Both the position numbers and the translations under genes were made by a program. A stretch of DNA of 64,000 bases, taken from Octopus sinensis (Eukaryota). The stretch spans positions 8,246,001 through 8,310,000 of the forward strand of contig NC_042998.1 in NCBI RefSeq assembly GCF_006345805.1, in the 5' to 3' direction. The notes below the pieces were generated by a model, which made no database searches, was not told the origin of the DNA, and saw only the letters and a program-made list of their open reading frames with translations. Below, piece after piece: positions 13,971 to 25,250 of this stretch; the stretch's first letter is position 1, and each line of letters opens with the position of its first letter.

Positions 13971-14349
13971 GACACGTGTTAGCAGAATATTCACGATCAG
14001 TTAATCAACAAATTCATATGCTCATCTGCGAAAACGATGGAGGACCTATTAATATGGCTAAAACTGCATCCTGAAAACTAAGCTTTCACTTCGCGCTCAT
14101 AAAATACTTTGTATCTCATGCTTCACTAATCCCCCAAATCCGGGTAGGATGTTGCTACTACACACATAAATAACTTAGACCGCATGCGAAAGATGGCCAT
14201 TTGCCTGATTGGCAAGTATTTGCTCACTAGCACGTTCCGATTTCTGCCGCAGAGATGAGCTTTATCCTTTCTCTGCCAATTTTCACACTACTATATATTA
14301 TATCAGTTCCTTTAAGCTGGCTGGTTGCAAACCACTTCGATAAAACAAA

Positions 14350-14785
14350 CATGCTGTGGTTGTGTGGTAAGAAGAATGCTTCCCAGCCAGATGGCTCCGG
14401 GTTCAGTCCCACTGCGTGGAACCTTGGGCAACTATCTTTTACGATAGCCTCGGAACAACCAAAGCCTTGTAGGCTTGGTTGACGGAAACTGAAAGAAATC
14501 TGTCGTATATATACATATATGTGTGCGTGTGTGTGTATGTGTGTGTGTTTGTGTGTATATGTGCGCATTTGTGTGTGTGCGTGCATGTATGTGTGTGTGT
14601 TTTTGTATCTGTGCTTGTCCCGCCATCACTGCTTGACAACCGCTGTTGGTGTATTTGCCTCCCCGTAACTTAGCGGTTCGGCAAAAGAGACCGGTAGAAT
14701 AAGTACTGAGTTTAAAAAACAAGTCCTGAGGTGCTCCAGCATGACCGCACTCAAGTGTCTGAAACAAGTAAAAGAATAAAAGAAT
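14350..14785 (+). mobile_element. SINE family A (diverged)
   Basis: Collinear with 2431-2817. Confidence 0.8.
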
Positions 14786-14949
14786 ATATCCTTACTTCTA
14801 GACTCAAACTCTAACTTTCAAACTAACTTCTATGCCAAGCCCTTTCTAAGAGCCACAATTCATTGATATTCCTTCGACATATGCGTTGCTCTTACTCACG
14901 TTCATTCACAGACGTTCAAACTGAACGTCATATGTGTGACTCTGTCCAC

Positions 14950-15225
14950 TCTCGGATGCGATTTAAGGACTGTGTTAAGTCCTCGTTAAAGGCCTTTGAT
15001 ATGCAGGACACTGACTGGGAGAACAATGCCTGTCATCGCCACAGATGGCGGTAGCAGGTTAAGGAGGGGATCGACACTTTTGAGAGAGCACGTATCCAGC
15101 ATGAAGGACTTAGGCGAGCTGTGCGAAAGCGCACGGCTCGTATAGTGAATGGGGAAAGCTTGGTCTGCAATGTTTGCAGTCATGTGTGCTTGTCAAGAGC
15201 AGGGCTCATTAGCCACCAAAAGAGA
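14950..15225 (+). mobile_element. RTE (BovB-like) LINE 3' fragment
   Basis: RFKDCVKSSLKAF...DWE...RHRWR...CNVCSHVCLSRAGLISHQK. Confidence 0.75.
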
Positions 15226-15409
15226 GGGGGAAAATGGAAAAAGAACGAAAAAAAAAGTAAAACACGGGGAGAAAAAATGTGGTGTGATTAACAGTTCAGC
15301 ATGATATAAATATATATTTTATTGTGTCTGGAGAGAGTTATTTTGTTTTAATGCCTTATTAATTAACACACTCACTGATTCGATTTCCACTCATTTACTT
15401 ATCTCATCT

Positions 15410-15640
15410 TCTCCATCGAGGATAGGAACCAAATATTGTAATAGCTTGGAATAGATTCAAGGGACCACAACTTTTTAATGCCCTACCACAGAACATCAGG
15501 GATCTGCGAGCTGTAGACATGGAAATCTTCAAAAATGTCTAGACAGTTTTTATCCTCAATACCGGATGAACCCACATTGTGTCAGGTGGCACAAAGAGCG
15601 GCAACGTCCAACTCGCTACTTCACCGGAAGCAGTACTGGA
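15410..15640 (+). mobile_element. CR1-group LINE 3' end fragment
   Basis: GPQLFNALPQNIRDL...LDSFLSSIPDEP, homologous to 57580-57780. Confidence 0.7.
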
Positions 15641-15723
15641 AAAATCCCCGGATGCAATAAAGGCAGCAGTAGACCCTCAGCCTTTTGCTGAAACCCGTAA
15701 CAGATAAAAGATAAAAAAAATAC

Positions 15724-15798
<75 letters not shown>

Positions 15799-15804
15799 AT
15801 ATTG

Positions 15805-15965
15805 AAATTTACAGAAAAACAAAAGACGAAGACAGTGTATTAGTTTGACGCTCGGGAAAGTGAGAATTCTTTTATGTTTCGAGCCTACGCTCTAAACAGA
15901 AAGGAATAAGAGAAAATAACGAGAGAGAATAAAAAAAAACCGTGTGGATTAGCGATCAAGCATGT
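15805..15965 (-). repeat. Short interspersed repeat (pLTR-like); second copy at ~6225-6397
   Basis: Shared ttagtttgacgct.ggg, tttcgagcct and agcgatc..catg. The minus strand has a GAGC(gtag)GCTC-GAAA hairpin. Confidence 0.55.
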
Positions 15966-15977
15966 GACTGGCTAGGA

Positions 15978-16009
<32 letters not shown>

Positions 16010-16018
<9 letters not shown>

Positions 16019-17942
16019 AAAACAATAAAAAAAGAAAATGCTAAAATAATTTTATAGTGAACATTTCAGTACCGGTTTCGGTCATTTTGAGACCTTTTCA
16101 ACTGTAACGATTAAATAATTAAATTTAGAAAAATTAGAAGAAATTTTTTTTAAAAGAATATTTCTATAGTAGTGTTCAGATTTAAGTGGCATTCTGCTGC
16201 CTTCTCTGACTCCCTTGTTTGCACTTGTGTGTTCGAGGTAGTTGTGAGCTCTTGGTAGGGTAGTAGAGAGAAGGCTGGTGAGGAAAGGGGGTGGGAGAAT
16301 CTGGGAGTGCCCTGATGGTCGTATTTTGAATGGTCAGTGGCGGCTGGCAGTCTCAGTTCAATTCAGGAGAATATTTATATTGACAGGCTTCTTTATAGAA
16401 TTAGCGTAGGTGTTATACTAAAAAACATTAGTGACAAACTTAAGGGGTAGGGGGTGGAGAAGAAGAAGAAGAAGAAGAAGAGAGAAGAAGAAGGAGAAGA
16501 GAGAAGATGACGATGATGGTGATGGTGGTGATGATTATGACGACGATGATGATGATAACGATGATGATGAAGAAGAAGAAGAAGAAGAGGAGGAGAGGGA
16601 AGATGGTGGTGATGATGGTGGCGATGATGATGATGCCGATGATGATGATAACGATGATGATGAAGAAGAAGAAGAGAAGAAGAAAAAACAGAGAAGGGAG
16701 AATATGAATGTAAATATAGCTATGAAGGGGCTGATTAGTAATGGATTCTATTGAGTGTAGTATTTGTGTGTGTATATATATTTTTTTTTTAATAAAGTTG
16801 AGGTATATTAATTGTTTGTCGTAGACCCGTTAAGAAGTGGCTTGTATTTTGTAATAAAGAGATTTTCTTTACTTATCGTTGTCTCGAGGTTGTATCGTCC
16901 CTAAATTGGTAGAGGGGGAAAATTCTGAAGTTTGGTGTTTTTTTGTTGGCGCAAGTATCTATGTGTTGGCTAAAAGCTATTTTTCTGTTTGGGGAATTTT
17001 TATCTGGGATCTGTGCAGGGCCATTCGTTTACGCAAACCATTTTTTGTTTGGCCTATGTACTGCTCTTGACACCCGGAGCAGGTTAGTGAGTATATTAGG
17101 TTCTCCGAAGCACATGTGAAGTTGCTTTTCACTGTAAAACGTTGTCCCTGTTTGAAGGAGAACTCAGAACCCTCGATTAGATAGTCGCATATCCCGCAAT
17201 TGGGTCTTCCACATTTTTTTACTGTCGGCTTCTGTGTTGAAGAGTGAATTCGGGCTTGTGTAAGGAGACTTTTCATGGATCTAGGCTGTCTTTTGCTTTT
17301 TATGATCGTGTGTGTTTGGAGGATTGTGTTCATTCTGTGGTCTTTTTTTAGGAGGGTATGTTGTGGAGGATGGTGTCGAAGGCTTCGTTATTGAGAGGGT
17401 TGTGTGTGGAGATGTATGGTAAGGCTTTTGGTTGTAAGTTTTTCTTTGATTTGGGATGTCTCAGTTCCTTGATGTTAAGTTGAAGGGCACGTTGAATGCA
17501 TTTGTCAATAAGTGAAGGTGGATAGTTCCTGGTGATTAGGGTATCTTTTAGTTCTTGTAGTCGTGTGTCTCTGGTGTTTGCGTTAGAGACTATAGTGCAT
17601 ATCCTTTTTGCTAGATTGAAGGGATATTCATCCTGGTGTGTCTGGGGTGGCATGAATTGAATGGAAGATATTGCTTAGAGTCTGTAGGCTTATAGTATAT
17701 GTCTGTTTCTATTATATTATTAGCTTTCTTAATGAGGATATCGAGGAAGGGGAGTTTTGTTGGCTATATTCCATCGTGAATTGGATGTTTACGTCCAGTC
17801 CGTTAAAATTTTTTGGAATTCTATGAGTTTTTCTATATTTTTATGCCAAAGGATGAAACAGTCATCTAGATATCTCTTCCAGTTGTTTTCTATGTAGATG
17901 GAGAAAGGGCTGCCATATCTTTCTAGAACCTTACGATACAGA
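16010..17942 (-). mobile_element. Inverted 5'-truncated copy of the PLE (RT C-terminus, GIY-YIG, 3' UTR)
   Basis: Minus-strand ORFs 17789-17974, 17348-17653 and 16977-17333 reproduce the plus-strand protein text almost exactly. Confidence 0.95.
16067..16104 (-). ncRNA. Hammerhead ribozyme, identical copy in the inverted arm
   Basis: Exact reverse complement of 22195-22232. Confidence 0.8.
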
Positions 17943-17952
17943 TATACAGAAA

Positions 17953-18813
17953 ATGCCGACAAAAACAGACACAATCACCTCCATAAACGAAGAAATACTG
18001 AAAGAACTCAAGAAAATTAACACAAATTTGTCAACTTTTTTGAACAAATTCGACTCGACACTTCAACCCAATCGAGAGAACAATGAAGAAACAGATACGA
18101 AAAATACAACCTCCGAAATTGTCGAAAACCTTGGAAACTTATGCGAAACAATTAGAACATTTTTCTCTAACAACGCTAACCAAGGACCTCCAAACGAGTC
18201 AATATATGGGATCAATACTCTAACAACATACCAAATGAAACACCACATAATACCACAATGGAACAAATCACTCAGAGATAGAAAGTTCGCCTTTTGGAAG
18301 ATGATCCAAAACAAACAACAAGCGGATATATACGAAAAATGGCTCAACCGGACCCCGTTAATCCTCCCACGTAAATTCCAGTTCAAAGCTATTACAGAAG
18401 AACCTGAAACACAAAGACACCTCAGGGAGAGAATGGCACTGGAAAAAATGAAAATGGAAATAGAACTTCTGAAATTGAGAGCCCAAACGAATGAGGATAA
18501 AATAAAATCCACCGATGAAGATATCAACGAAGAAATTCGCAAAATGACCCAAGGCCCAGATCAAGAGAAGTTCTCAAAACTATGGAAAGAGGACTGTGAA
18601 AAAGAAGAACTAAAATCTCTCCAACGCTGGGAGAAAAGCGCCACTTGGTTCTCAGACTATGAAGCCGTCTTTCAAACAGAGCACGCCTCCAACAACCCTT
18701 TCCAGAAAATAAGAAAACCAAAACAACACCCAAACACCGATACACACCTCTCTAAAAATCGGAACCTTCACTACTATCAAAAAAGAATACAGGACCTAAC
18801 CCTAACTCTGTAA
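17953..18813 (+). CDS. PLE ORF1 / N-terminal coiled-coil-rich protein (probably continues via indels to stop at ~19184)
   Basis: 286-aa non-repetitive ORF rich in E/K/Q/L heptad-like stretches, directly upstream of the PLE RT. A later frame ends ...RIHFLDPIRKHRDTR*. Confidence 0.7.
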   Translation: MPTKTDTITSINEEILKELKKINTNLSTFLNKFDSTLQPNRENNEETDTKNTTSEIVENLGNLCETIRTFFSNNANQGPPNESIYGINTLTTYQMKHHIIPQWNKSLRDRKFAFWKMIQNKQQADIYEKWLNRTPLILPRKFQFKAITEEPETQRHLRERMALEKMKMEIELLKLRAQTNEDKIKSTDEDINEEIRKMTQGPDQEKFSKLWKEDCEKEELKSLQRWEKSATWFSDYEAVFQTEHASNNPFQKIRKPKQHPNTDTHLSKNRNLHYYQKRIQDLTLTL

Positions 18814-19144
18814 GCAGCCAGCGATACAATATCAGGAATACCCCCACTTCAAGCAGAGAAAGGATAAATCAACACCCACAGCATAGACACTGCAACCTCA
18901 TCCCCACCCAAGGAGTTACCAACGAAATCTTCGTCCCATTAACCGGTTAAAAACCATGCACAACAAACCCACACCACTTGCAATGATTACCAAGAAGGCC
19001 TCCTAGAACACCACACCCGAATATGGGATATCGGGATGCTCTCCTCAATACTGCTCCAAGAACACACACCATAAATCACAACAGGAGACCCCTAATCAAC
19101 AAAGAACAACTATATACTAGCTACCGTCCCAACCACCGCATTCA

Positions 19145-21470
19145 TTTTTTAGACCCAATACGCAAACACAGAGACACAAGATAGCACCAAACAAGCAGGA
19201 GGAACCAAAAGTAATAAAAATTATTAATCTAACTCACAAGGAACTAACAGCAAACCAAATAAACATACTTTCCAAGGACTCAAGTTTACAACCCCCCACA
19301 ACACCCCAACTACAATGAAATGAAAGAAGACATCGCAGAATTCTGCAGAAAATTAAGACTTACTGAGGAGCTATACGATAAATACAACGAGGACGAATCG
19401 TTAGCCAGAAATAGGAGTAACTACACCCCCTCGAAAGGTAAGAATAAAACACTTGATGATTTCTGTGACCACATATCAAATTACCCATATCAACATATGC
19501 ACAAACAAAAACACAACCAAACTTCAGCAAAAAAGAATGGGCTGAGTTGAACAAATTAAAACTAGATAAAACAATAACAATCAAAGAGGCCGATAAAGGG
19601 AGTGCTGTTGTCTTAATGGATACGACATTTTACATAACTTTGGTACTTTCTATGCTGGAAGACACAACATACTATGAAAAGGCACAAAACTACAGTCAAC
19701 AAAAAATAATGAGGGAACTAAAATCCATATTAAACCCATACAAAGCAGGGCTACCGACAAAGAATATGATTATATGACCAATTTCACAAGTAAAACTAGC
19801 CAATTCTACGGTATACCTAAGATCCACAAAAGTGAAAAAATAAGCAACGCATGCAAGATAGCTACAGACAAAATAATTAAAGTCCCTAATCCTAATGACC
19901 TCAAATTGAGACCCATAATAGCAGGTCCCGCATGCGAAACCCACCGCCTCAGTAACTTTTTAGACACCCTGTTAAAACCACTCCTCAAACATGTCAAAAG
20001 CTATATAAGGGACGACTTAGATATGCTCAATCACCTACCGAATACTATAAACAAAAACACCATACTGGTATCCTTCGATGTAGTCAACCTCTACTCCAAT
20101 ATCCCCCACAACCTAGGACTAGAGGCAATCCAATTCTGGCTAGAGAATCACGCCAACGAACTACCACACCGCATCAAAAAAGAATTTGTGATAGAAGGGG
20201 TTAAATTCATCCTGGAAAATAACTTCTTCGCCTTCAATGACAACTTCTACCGACAAAAATCGGGGACTGCGATGGGTACACGAATGGCCCCCTCCTTTGC
20301 CAACCTAGTCATAGGATACCTAGAGATCAGTCTGTATCGTAAGGTTCTAGAAAGATATGGCAGCCCTTTCTCCATCTACATAGAAAACAACTGGAAGAGA
20401 TATCTAGATGACTGTTTCATCCTTTGGCATAAAAATATAGAAAAACTCATAGAATTCCAGAAATTTTAAACGGACTGGACGTAAACATCCAATTCACGAT
20501 GGAATATAGCCAACAACAACTCCCCTTCCTCGATATCCTCATTAAGAAAGCTAATAATATAATAGAAACAGACATATACTATAAGCCTACAGACTCTAAG
20601 CAATATCTTCCATTCAATTCATGCCACCCCAGACACACCAGGATGAATATCCCCTTCAATCTAGCAAAAAGGATATGCACTATAGTCTCTAACGCAAACA
20701 CCAGAGACACACGACTACAAGAACTAAAAGATACCCTAATCACCAGGAACTATCCACCTTCACTTATTGACAAATGCATTCAACGTGCCCTTCAACTTAA
20801 CATCAAGGAACTGAGACATCCCAAATCAAAGAAAAACTTACAACCAAAAGCCTTACCATACATCTCCACACACAACCCTCTCAATAACGAAGCCTTCGAC
20901 ACCATCCTCCACAACATACCCCTCCTAAAAAAAGACCACAGAATGAACACAATCCTCCAAACACACACGATCATAAAAAGCAAAAGACAGCCTAGATCCA
21001 TGAAAAGTCTCCTTACACAAGCCCGAATTCACTCTTCAACACAGAAGCCGACAGTAAAAAAATGTGGAAGACCCAATTGCGGGATATGCGACTATCTAAT
21101 CGAGGGTTCTGAGTTCTCCTTCAAACAGGGACAACGTTTTACAGTGAAAAGCAACTTCACATGTGCTTCGGAGAACCTAATATACTCACTAACCTGCTCC
21201 GGGTGTCAAGAGCAGTACATAGGCCAAACAAAAAATGGTTTGCGTAAACGAATGGCCCTGCACAGATCCCAGATAAAAATTCCCCAAAACAGAAAAATAG
21301 CTTTTAGCCAACACATAGATACTTGCGCCAACAAAAAAACACCAAACTTCAGAATTTTCCCCCTCTACCAATTTAGGGACGATACAACCTCGAGACAACG
21401 AATAAGTAAAGAAAATCTCTTTATTACAAAACAAGCCACTTCTTAACGGGTCTACGACAAACAATTAATA
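19145..21470 (+). pseudogene. PLE reverse transcriptase-GIY-YIG endonuclease ORF, split by several 1-2 nt indels
   Basis: Pieces IINLTHKELT..ILSK(G)LKFT (19220-19290), 19320-19550, 19547-19777 (IKEADKGSAVVLMD), 19774-20469 (RT core), 20499-21446 (thumb, Zn-linker, GIY-YIG). Confidence 0.9.
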
Positions 21471-22194
21471 TACCTCAACTTTAGAATAAAAGAAAAAAAT
21501 ATATATACACACACAAATACTACACTCAATAGAATCCATTACTAATCAGCCCCTTCATAGCTATATTTACATTCATATTCTCCCTTCTCTGTTTTTTTCT
21601 TCTTCTTCTTCTTCCTCTTCTTCTTCATCATCATCGTTATCATCATCATCGGCATCATCATCATCGCCACCATCATCACCACCATCTTCTCCTTCTCCTC
21701 CTTCTTCTTCTTCTTCTTCTTCATCATCATCGTTATCATCATCATCGTCGTCATAATCATCACCACCATCACCATCATCGTCATCTTCTCCTTCTCCTTC
21801 TCCTTCTTCTTCTTCTTCTTCTTCTTCTTCTTCTTCTTCTTCTCCACCCCCTACCCCTTAAGTTTGTCACTAATGTTTTTTAGTATAACACCTACGCTAA
21901 TTCTATAAAGAAGCCTGTCAATATAAATATTCTCCTGAATTGAACTGAGACTGCCAGCCGCCACTGACCATTCAAAATACGACCATCAGGGCACTCCCAG
22001 ATTCTCCCACCCCCTTTCCTCACCAGCCTTCTCTCTACTACCCTACCAAGAGCTCACAACTACCTCGAACACACAAGTGCAAACAAGGGAGTCAGAGAAA
22101 GGCAGAATGCCACTTAAATCTGAACACTACTATAGAAATATTCTTTTAAAAAACTTTTCTTCTAATTTTTCTAAATTTAATTATTTAATCGTTA

Positions 22195-22232
22195 CAGTTG
22201 AAAAGGTCTCAAAATGACCGAAACCGGTACTG
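22195..22232 (+). ncRNA. Minimal type I hammerhead ribozyme (U3-A8 core variant) in PLE 3' UTR
   Basis: cag-TTGAAAA-GGTC(tcaaaat)GACC-GAAA-CCGG-TA-ctg: stem I, core, stem II, GAAA, palindromic stem III, GUA cleavage triplet. Confidence 0.8.
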
Positions 22233-22559
22233 AAATGTTCACTATAAAATTATTTTAGCATTTTCTATTTTTTACTTGTTTTTTCATATATATCAACTCG
22301 TGTGTTCCTTTTCACCCTTATACATATATATATATATATATATATATTAAAATCTTGTACGACTCTATTTCTATCAGCCCTTTCACGCTTATTCGTTCAT
22401 TGCACTCTTCATCCTTTCGTTTCCCCTCTCTTACATTTCTTTGCCTTCTCTTCTTACTCACTTTCCCTCCACTTTTCACTTTACTGTGTGCCTGTCATTT
22501 TTTTCGCCCTTCCTTAATTCTTCTGTTCCTCTGCTTCTATTTCTCTCTCCTCTCTTCCC

Positions 22560-23045
22560 ACGTGACCGATCGGCCAAGTTGCTCTTTCTTTCTTGGTCTG
22601 ACCGTTGTCCGTGCAACATCGATATTCTTCCCTGTGTTTCTAAAACTTTGTATCTCTGCCGTAAGGCTTCATTTCCACACGCGCCACCTTAATTCGATTC
22701 GTCCTTAGTCGAAAGACACCTGTTATTATGTCCTGTTATTATTTTTATTGCATTTGTATTTGTGTAACATTGTGTGCATTTATATTTGTTTTTGTACACA
22801 TTCGCTCCTCTCTTCCAATGAATCTAATGCTCTTAGCTTAGTTTTTCCTTGGGGCTGGCCAGATTGGAGCAATCTCAAGAATAATCAGCCGAAGTTGCGA
22901 GGATAATGTGGTGATTGACTGAAGAAAGAAAACTGCTAATGACTCGTCTTTGTTTTCTTTGTATCGTCTATCTGGATGTTTTGTTGTCCCTTTTTGTATC
23001 ACCTAGCTGTGCGGATGTTTTGCATTTTTGTCCAATTTTTGATCT
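22560..23045 (+). repeat. Interspersed repeat, related copy on the opposite strand at ~41780-42180
   Basis: Shared blocks aatctaatgctc, ggggctggcc.gat.ggagcaat, aatca.ccgaa.ttgc and gactgaaga; both copies lie beside (AT)n. Confidence 0.65.
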
Positions 23046-23079
23046 TTACATATATATATATATATAATTTCAAAATGTA

Positions 23080-23275
23080 ACCACATGTGAATCGTTGGCT
23101 ATTTTTTCCCTCCGTCTTCCTTTTCTATTGGACTTTGCTCTGTTTCTGAAGAAGAGCTTTGCTCAAAACGTTAGACCATCTTTCTTTGTTTCTCTTAGCG
23201 TCTGCTACTACTTTACACGTACCACGTCCTCACGTTGTTGCTTTTTGTGTTTGTTCTGTTTTGGGGGATTTACTA
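23080..23275 (+). mobile_element. PLE pLTR-like fragment with HHR-like motif at 23142-23177
   Basis: CTGAAGA-A-GAGC(ttt)GCTC-aAAA-CG-TT; between (AT)n runs. Confidence 0.55.
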
Positions 23276-23685
23276 TATATATGTGTATGTAAATATCTAT
23301 GTATTATATATATATTTTTTTTTTTACTTGTTTCAGTCATTTGACTACGGCCATGCTGGAGTACCGCCTTTAATCGAGCAACTCGACCCCGGGACTTATT
23401 CTTTTGTAAGCCTAGTACTTATTCTATCGGTCTCTTTTGCCGAACCGCTAAGTGACGGGGACATAAACACACCAGCATCGGTTGTCAAGCAATGCTAGGG
23501 GACAAACACACACACACACATATATATATATATACATATATACGACGGGCTTCTTTCAGTTTCCGTCTACCAAATCCACTCACATATATATATATAAATA
23601 CATACATACATGCATACATACATACATACATACATACATGCATGCATACATACATACATACATACATACATACATACATCATACA

Positions 23686-23720
<35 letters not shown>

Positions 23721-24405
23721 GTATGAATGTATGTATATATATAAATATGTATATATATGTATATATATAAATATGCAAACATATATAAATATATGTCTAT
23801 ATAATGTATGTATATATAGATATATGTATGTGTGTATACATATATGCATGCGTGTATATATATATATATATATGTGTGTGTATTGCTTCATCTTGTATCA
23901 CATGATACCGTTTCACATATGAAATGATAGCGAGACATCTGCACGTCATTAGATTTTACCGACAAAAGCTTGTTCAACATTTTTGCTACTCTCTCGGTCG
24001 CCATTATAGGTATCAGTGACAAACATTGCAAGATGACTAGCGCTATATTGATTACAGGTTTTACTGAATATCTTTCTCTTAGAAGAGTTATCATCCCATG
24101 GCTTTGTCAAAAATAACAATTCCAGAATTCCCGAATTGGAGCCTCACCACCGGCGGCAGTTTAATGTCATACCCAGCACAGATATATATATATATATATA
24201 AACTTAGATATGTTTCGACCAAAGATTGGTCCAGGACATGTCTAACTTAATAGCACCACCTGATAGGATTATTCGAATCCTGTTTAAGTCAAGTTTTGTT
24301 TATGGTCCATTCAAGTAGTGAGTTCTTGTTGGGTGAGTTGTATCCAATTATGGGTAGCTTATCCGGTATTCTTTGAAGGAATCTATCCAGACTCCGTTTA
24401 AAGTT

Positions 24406-24454
<49 letters not shown>

Positions 24455-25017
24455 GAGAGATACAAGTGAATCTAACGGTTTTTGTGTGTTTCTGAAATGG
24501 CTTATAAACACCTTCCACGCTACAATTGTTTTCGTTCCAGCACACGATCTCAGATCAAGTCACTCGCTATGCAAGTGTAGTATATATATATATAGTGTAG
24601 TATATATATACTACACTACACTACGCACATACACATACACACACACACACATCATCGTCTTCGTCGTCATTTTATTAATCACCCGCAATTGTGTGGAATG
24701 TCATGTAGTCCGCCTGACTTGCCTATGAGTATTCAGGGTCTGTGAATGCATTTATTTTCTTACAAGTAGATACGTTAACACAATAATCCTCAACATATCG
24801 CGGTTCACCCATCGCGATTTATTATTTAAGCTTACGTCGATTCCTCCGTGGTGTTGTTTTGCACTTATAATAAAATATGTACTAATTGTAAAAGATAATT
24901 AGAAAAGAATATACAGTATTGTACTGTTTCTACTTCGCGGATTTTCTCCTATCGCGGGGGAACGTAACACACGTGATAGTCGAGGAATTACTGTTAGCGA
25001 TATAATTTACAGTATTT

Positions 25018-25250
25018 AAAGGCGGCGAGCTGGCAGAAACGTTAGCACGCCAGGCGAAATGCCTAGCTGTATTTCGTCTGCCGTTACGTTCTGAGTTCAA
25101 ATTCCGCCAAGGTCGACTTTGCCTTTCATTCTTTCGGGGTCGATTAAATAAGTACCATTTACGCACTGGGGGTCGATGTAATCGACTTAATCCGTTTGTC
25201 TGTCCTTGTTTGTCCCCTCTATATTTAGCCCCTTGTGGGTAATAAAGAAA
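25018..25250 (+). mobile_element. SINE family B with long TSD
   Basis: TSD gatataatttacagtatt on both flanks. Confidence 0.9.

Larger units (their letters stand above)
16010..22292 (+). mobile_element. Penelope-like retroelement (Neptune-like), near full length, with 5' inverted partial copy
   Basis: RT motifs (LRPIIAG, SFDVVNLYSNIP, GTAMGTRMAPSFANL, RYLDD), Cys-rich linker CGRPNCGIC, GIY-YIG (NLIY...QYIGQT), HHR in the 3' UTR. 16010-17942 is the reverse complement of 20331-22292. (AT)n at both ends. Confidence 0.95.

Noticed and set aside
16431-16754. Acidic D/E-rich ORF resembling a nucleolar protein
   Set aside because: Antisense reading of the (CAT)/(CTT) repeat inside the PLE 3' UTR.
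24200-24250. Minus-strand GACCA(atctt)TGGTC-GAAA-CATA-TC hammerhead-like half
   Set aside because: No recognisable CUGANGA core upstream.
24785-25000. Possible Tigger/pogo-like terminal remnants (tcgcgg motifs)
   Set aside because: No TIR pair or TA TSD could be defined.
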